Shown: positions 19,254 through 28,929 of the stretch, piece by piece
Position numbering within the stretch: position 1 is the stretch's first letter
Layout of the letters: each line of letters opens with the position of its first letter
IMG/VR virus record: IMGVR_UViG_3300017963_000011
Location: 41,135-105,134 of that record
Reading direction: 5' to 3' (one strand)
From: a virus
DNA length: 64,000 nt
Translations under genes and position numbers: made by a program
The notes under the pieces: generated by a model
What the model saw: the letters and a program-made list of their open reading frames with translations, nothing else
Told to the model about the DNA's origin: nothing
The model's database searches: none

Positions 19254-20775
19254 CGAAGAAGTCATCCTCCTCGTCTTCATCTTCACTGTCATCTACCAGA
19301 TCGTCTTGAGGCTCTGATCTCTTGAACTCCGAGAAACCCATCTTCCAGAGTTCCTTGCGGAGATAGAAGTCGCGTGGTTGAAAGTACCTGCCCTTGACGC
19401 ATTGAAGCCTGAGTAGTTGATCTGAAAGAGGCAGAAGGCCCCACATGCCGTCGAGATTGTCCATGATTTTATCGGCATCTCTCAGGTGCTTGGCCGTGAG
19501 TCGCTTGACACCCTCGGCCGATCGGTTCAACTGGAGCGCGGAGAGGATCGGTATTTCACGGGCTCTGGCAAAACCGTGTAACTGTTCGGCGAGTTGACCC
19601 CAATACAGATCGGGCCTTTGAACGTTCGGGGGTACGTAGAGTAGGTTGAAGTAGTCAATGATAACAAGGACATCTTTCCTACCATGCTTGGCAAGGAAGT
19701 TGTCAACCATTCGGAAGATGGTTGTGAGCTTTGTCTGGAGCGGGATGTCGACGATTTGATAGTTCTCGTTGTCTTCGATCGTATTGATCCAAGCATCGAC
19801 ACCCTCCTGTACTTGAGCAATCGTCTCGTCTGAGACTTGCTTGGTCATTAAAGCCTCGAAGCTCACGCCACAAAGATAGGCCATAATGCGATAGCGAAGT
19901 TCTTCAAGGACTGGCATTTCAAGATTGAACTCCAGCACGAGATGGCCTGCCGTAGCAGCCACGTTACCGCACTGGAGAAGTAGTGCAGACTTACCTATAC
20001 CAGAACGGGAGGCGAACATGTAGAGGCGTTTGTCCATCCACCCGCCGATATTCTCTGTGAGTTTGGGAAAGGGAGTAGGCAATCCTTTGACGATGCGGTT
20101 GCCATCCTCATCGACGTCTAGCTTGTCAATGCGGAGCTGCTCAACGCCATCTGGGAGGATCTCCGTGACGTTATAGATACGCACAGAGGTGCCCATCGTA
20201 TCGAGCTTGATCTGCTCGGTCTTGGTTGCAACATGGTCTAGGGTGAAGATGCTACGATCTCGTTCACCCGACTTGATCATGAGCTTGCACTCTTCTTTGT
20301 AATCGCAAGTGCGGCACTTCTCTTCCTTCTTGTCATAGTTGCCCATGCATCTAAGGGTATAGAAGGCCGCCATCTCCCGAGTCAGCACCTTGTGTCTGAA
20401 CTCCCGATACTCGAAGATGAGATCGTCAAGCCGTTCTTTCCACTCCCCTAGCTTGATCTTCCTGTGCTTGCGTAGCTCGTTCCACTTCTTCTTGTAAGAT
20501 GCGATCCTGGCACGGCCTGCCCGTCTAGTTAGGAGCATCTTCTTCACATAGGAGAACGTCACAAGCTCCGCATGTTTCTCGTAGTATTCTAGCGCGCAGT
20601 GTGCAATGAAGATGTTTTCTTTCTTGCCATGCGTCATCTCCGTGCGCTCCGAGAACTCATAGAAGAGATCCTCGCTATAATCTGCACGGGCATAGTGCTC
20701 GACGGCCTTTGTATTGCTAACTAATCCAGCAACCACGAGCGTATGCGTGTCTGGCGCCTTCGAAGCCATACTCAC
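19246..20775 (-). CDS. dnaB: Replicative DnaB-like helicase
   Basis: Walker A SRSGIGKS, FNLEM, IIDY, SALQLNR and KGR. Confidence 0.9.
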   Translation of the reverse strand: MSMASKAPDTHTLVVAGLVSNTKAVEHYARADYSEDLFYEFSERTEMTHGKKENIFIAHCALEYYEKHAELVTFSYVKKMLLTRRAGRARIASYKKKWNELRKHRKIKLGEWKERLDDLIFEYREFRHKVLTREMAAFYTLRCMGNYDKKEEKCRTCDYKEECKLMIKSGERDRSIFTLDHVATKTEQIKLDTMGTSVRIYNVTEILPDGVEQLRIDKLDVDEDGNRIVKGLPTPFPKLTENIGGWMDKRLYMFASRSGIGKSALLLQCGNVAATAGHLVLEFNLEMPVLEELRYRIMAYLCGVSFEALMTKQVSDETIAQVQEGVDAWINTIEDNENYQIVDIPLQTKLTTIFRMVDNFLAKHGRKDVLVIIDYFNLLYVPPNVQRPDLYWGQLAEQLHGFARAREIPILSALQLNRSAEGVKRLTAKHLRDADKIMDNLDGMWGLLPLSDQLLRLQCVKGRYFQPRDFYLRKELWKMGFSEFKRSEPQDDLVDDSEDEDEEDDFFDE

Positions 20776-21215
20776 ACCGTTTCATACTCGATCGTGACAA
20801 AGCAAAAATAGATCAGTTCTTCTTCCTCATTCTTGAAGAATTCCAGGCGTGTGAGCCTGACCTCCAGAATGAGTTTGTGTTTCACCAGGACATTCACGAT
20901 GTCCTTGAGCTTGGCTTTCTTCTTGCCTTTGCCAAGAGTTGTCTTGGCTGGTACGTAGCCGATGTTGAGCCACCCTCTGGAACCAGAGTAGACGTCGATC
21001 GCCACAGCCTTGTCATCGTGTTCGTTCTCTGGTTCAAGCCTGAGTCTTGTTCTGATCGATGCCAGCCCTTGCTTATATTTCAGGCGAGACAAGGCGTCCT
21101 TGAGCTTTCCCCCGGCTCTCTTCTTGAGAACCCTCCGTAGCTTCTTCAGGATAGCCTGACGGCCATCCATTGTGACGCCGGCAACCCTGAATGTATAGAC
21201 TTGTTCCATCCTCAC
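20772..21215 (-). CDS. HIRAN domain protein
   Basis: VAGVT...LRLEPENEHDDKAVAI...IGYVP. Confidence 0.85.
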   Translation of the reverse strand: MRMEQVYTFRVAGVTMDGRQAILKKLRRVLKKRAGGKLKDALSRLKYKQGLASIRTRLRLEPENEHDDKAVAIDVYSGSRGWLNIGYVPAKTTLGKGKKKAKLKDIVNVLVKHKLILEVRLTRLEFFKNEEEELIYFCFVTIEYETV

Positions 21216-22372
21216 CCCTCATCATTCTCGGCGCCGCGAATGGTAGCGCTACCACCAAGCGATAGCTTCTTGGCGCATGCTTCCGGGAGCGGTTCAAGAG
21301 TAAATGGACAGATCTCGTGTTCTTGTAGGAAGAGATAGAGATCGTATTGAGCTTCTTCAAGCTCGTCACGTTTTTCATGAAGATTGTGGTCGACATCTAG
21401 CAAGTATTGCTCGACAACTTCTATACGCTTTGCCTGATCCACCACTTGTAAGTACGCACTGTAGAGTGCCTCGATATCTTCGACACCTTCCCCGGCGGCG
21501 AGTAATTCAGAAGGTTCGAGGTCTGGGATCTCAGGAATGCGATTAGTGATTTCTATGATCGAACCAAGGGAACTGATCTCCTCGACTATAGCAGTAGAAT
21601 CAATAACCTCAAGGCTTGCGCGCAAGTCTGCAAGTTCTTCCTTGACGGCCGCGCTTTCAGCATTGATCTGTTTGAGCTTCTTACTCTTGAGGATCACCTT
21701 AGACAAACGTTGGTGCTCGGCTAAGAGTTCATCACAACATAGATCATCATCCGGGATTGTGGCTTGGATGTTCTCGATCTCTACCTTTTTATTCTCTAAC
21801 TCTTCCTGAGCCGATGTGATGTCTTGTTTGATGTTGCGGATCTGTGCGTTGGTTTCTTTGAGCGCACTATCCACAGCGTTACGGCCAGACATAGAACCAA
21901 GAAGTTTCGATATCTTCGATGGCTTGAGAGCCAGTGGCAAGATGCGATCGAACTGGCCTATGAAGTTGAGCGAGACCTTCTCGTTGACGTCTTCGATGTC
22001 AAGGTTGGCGATGCGTGTGCGCTTAATCAAACCCTCTGGGATCTGCTTCTTGTACTTGCGCCAGGGCTCTTTCTCACCGGAGACTTTGATGTAGTCGTCG
22101 AGGACTCTTCCGGTTGCTGAAATATCAGTGTGCCGCTTCAGCTTGTAGTCGGTGTGATCGACAAGAACTGCCATGTCAGTTTCGCCGCACCGTATCCACG
22201 CCTTGCCCAGAAGATAGGCGTAACGGGTTCCTCGTATGAACGAGGACTTACCAGAGTCAGTCGATCCGTGAATTGCGACTAGCCTTATAGGTTCTCCGTC
22301 GCTACCAGTCAAGGTCAATGTCGTCGTCTTGTGACTCTGAAAGTTCCGAAACTTCGTCTTCCTGATCGGCAT
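21212..22372 (-). CDS. SbcC/Rad50 N-terminal half
   Basis: KFRNFQSH, Walker A GSTDSGKS, Q-loop-like GQFD, long coiled coil, hook-like CPFT. Confidence 0.8.
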   Translation of the reverse strand: MPIRKTKFRNFQSHKTTTLTLTGSDGEPIRLVAIHGSTDSGKSSFIRGTRYAYLLGKAWIRCGETDMAVLVDHTDYKLKRHTDISATGRVLDDYIKVSGEKEPWRKYKKQIPEGLIKRTRIANLDIEDVNEKVSLNFIGQFDRILPLALKPSKISKLLGSMSGRNAVDSALKETNAQIRNIKQDITSAQEELENKKVEIENIQATIPDDDLCCDELLAEHQRLSKVILKSKKLKQINAESAAVKEELADLRASLEVIDSTAIVEEISSLGSIIEITNRIPEIPDLEPSELLAAGEGVEDIEALYSAYLQVVDQAKRIEVVEQYLLDVDHNLHEKRDELEEAQYDLYLFLQEHEICPFTLEPLPEACAKKLSLGGSATIRGAENDEG

Positions 22373-23471
22373 CTTCGTCTTCTTCCTTCTTGAGCGTTTC
22401 GACCTGATCTCTGAGCTTGTTGAAGGTCGTTGGGTAGTTCGCACACCACTCGCGCACTGCACGCATTCCCTGGCCGATGGTCTTCTCCTTGTAGCTGAAC
22501 CACCCGTTGCTGGCCTTCTCGATCAGATCGAATGAGATAGCATCCTCGATGATGAGTGTGTACGGGCAAAAGCCCTCACCGTAGTAGAAGGGGATCTCTA
22601 CCTCTTTGCCGAGACAGGGGCCGACCTGATCCTTCTTGATGACAACCCGGATCACATGGCCGACAGTCTCACCCTTCTCCTTGAGGTTGCGCAACTTGTT
22701 CATGAAGATCCGCATGGCCGCGAAGTGGCGAAATGCCTTGGCGCCGGGCGAGTCCCAATAGACGTAGTTCGAGCCCTTCTGCTGAACGAGGCGAGCCTGA
22801 TTGAGCCATACTACGCAGCAACGGCTTTTGCCAACAGGACCAGAGATCTTGCGGCAATGCTGGGACATGATCCTCGCCTGGAGAGCATAGTGTTGCTTGC
22901 CCACAGCGTTTTCCTCTTCCTCTTTGGGAAGGATCGCTGCGGCTGAGTCACCGACGATCAGATCGAAGGCATGGGACTTGACCAACTGTTCCATCTTGTT
23001 CGTGCCTTCTTCTGCCGTGTCGGGCTGGTAGAAGCGGAAGCCGTTGTCTTCGAGCACCTTCTTCTTTTTGCCTTTGATCTTGATGTACTCGGGATGGACG
23101 AGGCCGTATGTGTTCTCGGCATAGAAGGCGTCATGCTTTGTCTCGAAATCAACAAAGGCTCCCCGGCCGGGAGCCTTTGGATTGGCAGCGTCAAGCGTTG
23201 GAAGATCGTTCTCCTTTGCGATCAGGAACTTCTCCTGGATGACCGACAGGGCTTTGTATGCCTTAGAAGTCTTGCCCACATTCTCTGGAGCAAAGATCTC
23301 GACGATGCGGCCACGGGGGAGGCCACCACCACTGGCTCGATCGAATTCTGGAATGCCCGTAGGAATGCGCTCGATCTTCTTGATGCCGTCGCTGAACGTT
23401 GTCGCCTTGCATAGCTGCTCATCGAGCCGGTTGAGTTCAGCTTGCATGTCGAAGGCTTTCTTCTTTGCCAT
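22302..23471 (-). CDS. recA: RecA recombinase
   Basis: IPTG..FD.A.GGGLPRGRIVEIF.PENVGKT, QPDTAEE, DSAAA, LQARIMSQ, LNQ and PGAKAFRHFA. Confidence 0.95.
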   Translation of the reverse strand: MAKKKAFDMQAELNRLDEQLCKATTFSDGIKKIERIPTGIPEFDRASGGGLPRGRIVEIFAPENVGKTSKAYKALSVIQEKFLIAKENDLPTLDAANPKAPGRGAFVDFETKHDAFYAENTYGLVHPEYIKIKGKKKKVLEDNGFRFYQPDTAEEGTNKMEQLVKSHAFDLIVGDSAAAILPKEEEENAVGKQHYALQARIMSQHCRKISGPVGKSRCCVVWLNQARLVQQKGSNYVYWDSPGAKAFRHFAAMRIFMNKLRNLKEKGETVGHVIRVVIKKDQVGPCLGKEVEIPFYYGEGFCPYTLIIEDAISFDLIEKASNGWFSYKEKTIGQGMRAVREWCANYPTTFNKLRDQVETLKKEEDEDADQEDEVSELSESQDDDIDLDW

Positions 23472-23553
23472 ATCAACTCCGAATTAGGGCAGAGCCGCCC
23501 ACACAAATCCTTCCAGGTACGGAAAGGAGCGCGAACGGCTCTGCCACAGCGTG

Positions 23554-24981
23554 CTAGAACGGAATGTCTTTCTTCTTGACTCTGCCCTTCTTGGCGGCCG
23601 GCTTCTTCTTGGCCGGGGCCTTCTTCTTCGGAGCGGCCTTCTTGGCAGGCGCCTTCTTTTTCGCAGGCGCCTTCTTCTTGGCCGGGGTCTTCTTCTTCCT
23701 GGACTTTTTGGCCGCTGCGATTGCCGCAGCCTCGGCCTCCTCGTCCTCTTCTTCCTCGTCGTCGGACTCGTCCTCGTCTTCTTCTACTTCTTCTTCGGAG
23801 TCGTCCTCCTCCCCGTCTTCATCTTCCTCTTCGTCTTCTTCCTCGCTGTCCTCGTCGTCCTCGTCTTCTTCCTCATCTCCTTCTTCTTCGTCATCGTCTC
23901 CGTCGTCTTCATCCTCCTCGTCGTCCTCTTCTCCGTCCTCTTCCTCTTCTTCCTCTTCGTCGCTCTCGTCGTCGTCGTCTTCCTCGGAGTCCTCGCTTTC
24001 TTCGTCTTCGTCATCGTCATCTTCTTCCTCGTTGTCGGCCTCATCGTCTTCACCTTCTTCCTCGGGCTCGTCGAAGTCGTCCTCGACGTCCTCATCTTCA
24101 TCGCTGGAGGAGCCGACGAAGAGGGGGTTGATGGGACCGATGGCCTTGTCGAGCTTCTTGAAGCTCATCTTGGCCGTGAGGGCTTCGAGATCGGGGAAGG
24201 TGCCGTCGTCGATGGCTTCCTTGATCGCGTTGTACTCGTCGGTGCCCTTCTTGATGGGAACGAATTCCTCGAAGTCGAACTTGTACTCCGTGTCGATTCC
24301 CTTGCCCGACTTGGAGCAGAAGATCTTGTAGCCACCCTTGAGGTCGCCGGGGAGGTCGCGCTTCGGTGGGCAGTTGTCGAGCCAGTGAGCTTCCTGGTCG
24401 ACGCTCTTGAGCTTCTTGATCTCGGGATGCTTCTTCTTCCACTGATTGAGCGTGTACTTCTTCTCCGTGATCAGGGGGAGGAGTTTCTCGCGGAAGTAGT
24501 AAGCCTGGAGCCTGTAGGGTTCGATGCCCACGACGTCGCCATCGTCGTTGTACGTGATCGAGACCCAATAGACCCACTCCTTGGCCTTGGTCCCGTTGTA
24601 CATGCGGGCGATCTCCTTGGCGTGCTTCCTCTTGCCTCTCTCGTCGAGCTTGTCGGCGAATGCCGAAACGGGGTCGAGCTTCTTGCAGACGGGGCATGTG
24701 TCGGTGCCCGAGCCGATGCAGACAGCCTCGTAGAGATCGGACTTGGGGAACATGGACTGCGCCGAGTTCTTGCCCTTCAAGAACCTGTGAAGCCAGATGA
24801 AGATGAACGTCGAGATCGTCTTCTTCCTTGACTTGACAGGACGCAACATCGAGTGCGTGGTTTTGCCGCTCTGGCCCCAATCGTGGAACTTTGCCGTGTT
24901 CCTTTCTCGGGCCTTCTCCTCCATGATGATGCCTACTAGCGCGGCTTCTTCGGCATTCATCTTCCGTTCTTTGGTCGCCAC
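23554..24981 (-). CDS. Single-stranded DNA-binding protein-like, with a long acidic tract and a PAKK-rich tail
   Basis: H...C...CPVC Zn cluster and KSGKGIDTEY recall gp32-type phage SSBs; ends in DIPF; sits between recA and the uvsY-like gene. Confidence 0.65.
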   Translation of the reverse strand: MATKERKMNAEEAALVGIIMEEKARERNTAKFHDWGQSGKTTHSMLRPVKSRKKTISTFIFIWLHRFLKGKNSAQSMFPKSDLYEAVCIGSGTDTCPVCKKLDPVSAFADKLDERGKRKHAKEIARMYNGTKAKEWVYWVSITYNDDGDVVGIEPYRLQAYYFREKLLPLITEKKYTLNQWKKKHPEIKKLKSVDQEAHWLDNCPPKRDLPGDLKGGYKIFCSKSGKGIDTEYKFDFEEFVPIKKGTDEYNAIKEAIDDGTFPDLEALTAKMSFKKLDKAIGPINPLFVGSSSDEDEDVEDDFDEPEEEGEDDEADNEEEDDDDEDEESEDSEEDDDDESDEEEEEEEDGEEDDEEDEDDGDDDEEEGDEEEDEDDEDSEEEDEEEDEDGEEDDSEEEVEEDEDESDDEEEEDEEAEAAAIAAAKKSRKKKTPAKKKAPAKKKAPAKKAAPKKKAPAKKKPAAKKGRVKKKDIPF

Positions 24982-24992
24982 TAGGACTCCTT

Positions 24993-25502
24993 TCAGTCTG
25001 GGCTTCCACGGTTGATAGTTTTCTTCATCGACATGATCATCATTGACTTGGTTGCAAATGGTTCAACAAGGGCTTTCACAGCGGAGTCGAATACGTACTG
25101 AAATCTCAGGATCGCCTCCCTCCTAAGTCGATAGCCCTTCGTCACCATGATCTCGTCGTCAACTTCTCGTTCTTTGACTTCTCCTGGCCTCGGCCCTCTC
25201 AATCTTGTCGCAGTGCCGTAATAGACACTCAGTTGATGCTTCCTTTCTTCGTGTATCTTCACCCGGACGGCGCGCCTTCTTCGAGCCATCCAGATCTTGA
25301 ACTCTTCTTGCGCTGATTCGAGCTTCCCTTTCACCTCGGCCCAGAAGAGGCCGATATCTGCCATCGTGTCGGCTGCCTTCTCTCCGTCCTTTATCAGTCC
25401 AACGGCATCGCGAGAGATTGGGAGTTGTTTGCGTAACTTCCCGATCTCTTTAGTCTTCTCCTGAGCCCACTTCTTCGAGCCCTTCCAAGAGTCCTTTATC
25501 AC
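24993..25502 (-). CDS. UvsY-like recombination mediator (putative)
   Basis: Helical 169-aa protein; EREVDDEI...AVKALVEPFATKSMMIMSM pattern and gene context. Confidence 0.45.
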   Translation of the reverse strand: MIKDSWKGSKKWAQEKTKEIGKLRKQLPISRDAVGLIKDGEKAADTMADIGLFWAEVKGKLESAQEEFKIWMARRRRAVRVKIHEERKHQLSVYYGTATRLRGPRPGEVKEREVDDEIMVTKGYRLRREAILRFQYVFDSAVKALVEPFATKSMMIMSMKKTINRGSPD

Positions 25503-28179
25503 GAGCCCACTCCGTCACTGCTTTCTTGTCTGAGACGTGCATAGACTTCATTCCCCACATGAGAGTATATGCACGATCACGTCGTTTTGGATCACTCAGT
25601 CCTTTCTTAAATCTCTCTATTCTCTTCTGTCTTTTAGCCTCGTCGTCAGGGTTGCACGACTCCCATGGGATGTCGGGTTGTACAGCGTCGAGTACCCTCT
25701 TCAACTTGGAAAAGATGAGTTTCGACCAGTAGTGATTGCGGTCGAGTTTGAGATCCCTTTGGAGGAAACGCTCGATCTGCTCACCTTGTTGTAGCTTCTC
25801 GTCAGACTCGATGATGACGTATCGCAACACATCGCCGATGAAGAACTGATCTTTGTCGGTCCACATCTTGCGAACAATCCTGGCGTGGACAGGTTCATTA
25901 GCGTAGTCATCCGGCGCCTTCAAGACCCTCGTATGGATCACGAACTGCTCGATGATGTCTGTATCGTCAATCGCCATCTCGAAGAACTTGTCGGCTTCTT
26001 TGAGAACCCACCTACGCAACTTCTCTGGGTCGTTGAATGAACGCTTCAGGATCAACTTGCGCACCAGCTTTTTCTGGAGCTTGGCGGCATAGGGGATCGT
26101 GTTACGCTTTACGTAGTCGATGCCCATCGCCTCCCACTCTTTGGAGTGGCGGTTCCAGCCAATGTAGTTCTTCTTGCCGATCAGGAGAAACCGATGATAC
26201 ATCAACTTCGGTTCGATGCCGTACTTATGCTCGTCAATGTTGAAGTAGTATTTGAGGTTCTCATCCATGAACGATCTGAACCAGCGATTGAATGCACGAT
26301 CGAACTTGCGCAGAGCCTTGCGAGTTCCAAGACGTAGCAAGAAGAAGATCGAGTCCGTGTCACCGTAGATAGCCGGCGTGCCGAACTTCTCCATGGCGCC
26401 TGTGCGGATCATGTTGATGATGACCTGGCACCCTAGTGTGATCGTGCAAGCGATGGCGTGAGAGTAGCAGCGATTCTTGTGACTCGACATGTAGCCGAAC
26501 ACCACGTTACCCATCAACTTGTAGGCGAGGTTGTACTGCTTGGCGATTTTATACTCGCGGCTCTCCCTGTACAAGAGATCGGTGTCTTCGGCGTGTTCGA
26601 TGTCAATGCGCTTCATCTCATCTTTATAGACGCTGCGCTCTTGAACGAAGGTCTCTAACATCTCATGGACGAGCGATGTTGGCTCCTTGAGAAAGAAGAC
26701 TTGCTTCTTGTAGACAAACACCAGATCGCCGCCGCAATGCTCCGTCTTGACGAATGGCTTCAGGATGTTTAGAGACTTGAGCGTGATGTGTTTCTGGATC
26801 TCGACAGTGAGCCACGAGTGTAGCGCTACCACGGCTTCTTCATCAATATCCTTGATCCGTATGCGCCACCAGTCTTTAGAATGCTTGACTCTGTAGCCAG
26901 TCTTCTCACACCACTCTTCGATCAACTTGTACATCAACTTGATGACGATGTAGATAGGAGAGACGATCATCTCTGAGGTGTCATGTTTGTGAAGATCTTG
27001 CTCGTCGATGATCCTGAGAGTTTCAGGCGAGATGTTGAAGGCCCGCATGGTTGTCGAGTAATACTGGTTCAAGTCCCACACGTATGCGTTGTCATAGATG
27101 CCAGTGTCTTCTCGGATGACTCGGCCCCCCGGCATCTGGATCTTCAGACGCTCGTGCTTGGTTGGCAGCGCCACCTTCCTCCCGTGAGCCAGCCGCAGAA
27201 GATACATGTCAGTGAGACGAGTATTCCAGAAGCGGTTGATGAAGTTGCCACAGAGCTTGCACTGGAGCACCATCGTGTCGATGGCTTCGAGATGCTCGTC
27301 GAGCTTCTTGAGGAGCACAACGTCCTTGATGTTGTATTGCTTGTGGACTTCTGGATATTTCTTCCACGTCTCGTAGAACCCTGCCGGCATCACCATCTTT
27401 CTTTCGTTGAGGAAGTGTTCAGACAGGGCGTCCAGGGAGAAACGGCTCGGGCCTTCCTTGTCAAACTTGAACAGGTCTACAATCCGCTCGTGGAGATCGA
27501 TGTGGATCATGTCGCTAAGATCGAATTCGATGCCGTGGTAGCGGCACCTTGCCTTGATGTACGGAAGGTCAAACTCTCGACTGTAGAAGCCGACGATCAT
27601 CGTGTAGCGACGTAGCGTCTGGACCATTTTGCGCAGGAGCCGTCCCTCGTTACCGGAGGTGAGGTAACGAACTTCCCCGTAGTTGTCGACCACAGCCATC
27701 GAAAGGATACGTGTGGCACCGATCTCGATCTCCTTGTTGCGGTCGTCGGTCTCGATGTCGAAGTAGCCCTTGTAGTAATCGTCCTCGATCTCTGGGCGTA
27801 GGTCGATGAGTAGTCGGTCCAGGGATGTCAGGTCTGACTCGAAATCCTCGATGCCAAGCGCTGCTAGTCGATCGAGGAGTTCGAGCTTCTGATCTGTTTC
27901 GCCATCCTCGATCTTGAATTCCGGGAGGTTTTTGTTCTTGACGTAGATCCGCACGAAGTCATCACCATAGGGGGCGTAACCCTGGATTTCTTTGTCTCTC
28001 TTCATGCACTTGAACATGTCCTTGTGTTGAAGAAAGTCTGTCTTCTTGATCAAGAAGTAGTAGCGATGGCGACTTTGCGGGACGTCGATGAACTTGCGAA
28101 CATGGCCGACCTGATAAAAAAGACGCACGGTACTGCCTAAGCAGATACCGTGCGTAAATTTTCTATTCGGAAGTTCCAT
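25450..28179 (-). CDS. Family B DNA polymerase
   Basis: Exo FDIETD, FDLPYI, YNIKDV; pol WDLNQYY...NISPET, YKLMGN..FG, YGDTDS and KKNY. Confidence 0.92.
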   Translation of the reverse strand: MELPNRKFTHGICLGSTVRLFYQVGHVRKFIDVPQSRHRYYFLIKKTDFLQHKDMFKCMKRDKEIQGYAPYGDDFVRIYVKNKNLPEFKIEDGETDQKLELLDRLAALGIEDFESDLTSLDRLLIDLRPEIEDDYYKGYFDIETDDRNKEIEIGATRILSMAVVDNYGEVRYLTSGNEGRLLRKMVQTLRRYTMIVGFYSREFDLPYIKARCRYHGIEFDLSDMIHIDLHERIVDLFKFDKEGPSRFSLDALSEHFLNERKMVMPAGFYETWKKYPEVHKQYNIKDVVLLKKLDEHLEAIDTMVLQCKLCGNFINRFWNTRLTDMYLLRLAHGRKVALPTKHERLKIQMPGGRVIREDTGIYDNAYVWDLNQYYSTTMRAFNISPETLRIIDEQDLHKHDTSEMIVSPIYIVIKLMYKLIEEWCEKTGYRVKHSKDWWRIRIKDIDEEAVVALHSWLTVEIQKHITLKSLNILKPFVKTEHCGGDLVFVYKKQVFFLKEPTSLVHEMLETFVQERSVYKDEMKRIDIEHAEDTDLLYRESREYKIAKQYNLAYKLMGNVVFGYMSSHKNRCYSHAIACTITLGCQVIINMIRTGAMEKFGTPAIYGDTDSIFFLLRLGTRKALRKFDRAFNRWFRSFMDENLKYYFNIDEHKYGIEPKLMYHRFLLIGKKNYIGWNRHSKEWEAMGIDYVKRNTIPYAAKLQKKLVRKLILKRSFNDPEKLRRWVLKEADKFFEMAIDDTDIIEQFVIHTRVLKAPDDYANEPVHARIVRKMWTDKDQFFIGDVLRYVIIESDEKLQQGEQIERFLQRDLKLDRNHYWSKLIFSKLKRVLDAVQPDIPWESCNPDDEAKRQKRIERFKKGLSDPKRRDRAYTLMWGMKSMHVSDKKAVTEWARDKGLLEGLEEVGSGED

Positions 28180-28456
28180 TGGGCATCTTCTTCCCAAACA
28201 TCTCGATGAGCTTCTGTGCGATCACAAGCCGCTGACTGTCGCAGAACTGGAATGCCTCCGGGTCGTTCTGCCAGAGATGGGCTGCCGCTGCGCCGCCAGC
28301 GATGTCCAGCCTTTCTCCGAGCTTCTCAAGAGCACCACATGCGCCACTGTACTCGTCGGTCACGCGCAAGTCGAGTTCTGGGATGCGGGCTTCTCCGTAA
28401 CCGCTGTCTTCGCCTTCCACGATGATGTGGAATGTCTTCATCATGTCAAGCCTCAC
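28163..28456 (-). CDS. Hypothetical protein
   Basis: 97 aa ORF overlapping both neighbours. Confidence 0.5.
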   Translation of the reverse strand: MRLDMMKTFHIIVEGEDSGYGEARIPELDLRVTDEYSGACGALEKLGERLDIAGGAAAAHLWQNDPEAFQFCDSQRLVIAQKLIEMFGKKMPNGTSE

Positions 28457-28709
28457 TCTCTGTTAATTCTGCGAAACCATCGCCATGCCTGCTCTTGATA
28501 ACCTTGATCGTGAGAGCCCTAGCGCCATCTGGCAACAAAGCCATTACGCTTGAGCAGTGATCGGCTACTCTGGTGCTCTCTGTGAGTGCTGACAATGGAG
28601 GGCGGCGTGAGTTGAGAGGCGCAACATAGATGGCCAAGCCGTTCTTGCCATACTTCAATGCATGTAGCAGTTCTTGAAAGATCCGTTCCCTAATCAGTTC
28701 GTATGCCAT
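28446..28709 (-). CDS. Degenerate DnaB C-terminal-like fragment
   Basis: APLNSRRPPLSALTESTRVADHCSSVMALL...IKVIKSRHG parallels DnaB SQLNR..RP.LSDLRESG.IEQDAD.V..L...K.R.G. Confidence 0.5.
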   Translation of the reverse strand: MAYELIRERIFQELLHALKYGKNGLAIYVAPLNSRRPPLSALTESTRVADHCSSVMALLPDGARALTIKVIKSRHGDGFAELTESEA

Positions 28710-28725
28710 TGTCTTCTCCGTCCTG

Positions 28726-28899
28726 TTATAGAACCCCAATGTAGTCCACAAACTGGATGTCGTTATCTTCTGGAAACCACCCGAGATAAATGAGCCTGTC
28801 TTTTGGAATTTGCTTGGCGTAGAAAAAATAGTTATCGTTTTCTTCTAATATACTCAGCTTATTTACTGTTTCTTGTATCTCTTCCCAGGATGGTTTCAT
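28726..28899 (-). CDS. Hypothetical 57-aa protein
   Basis: MKPSWEEIQE..., with a GAAAGGA SD directly after the palindrome at 28916. Confidence 0.55.
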   Translation of the reverse strand: MKPSWEEIQETVNKLSILEENDNYFFYAKQIPKDRLIYLGWFPEDNDIQFVDYIGVL

Positions 28900-28929
28900 G
28901 ATCCGTCCTTTCTAGTCTCGGCGCCGAGA

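Noticed and set aside
23551-24831. Long + strand ORFs (426 aa hydrophobic, 255 aa poly-Ser)
   Set aside because: They are antisense shadows of the low-complexity acidic/basic gene 23554..24981.
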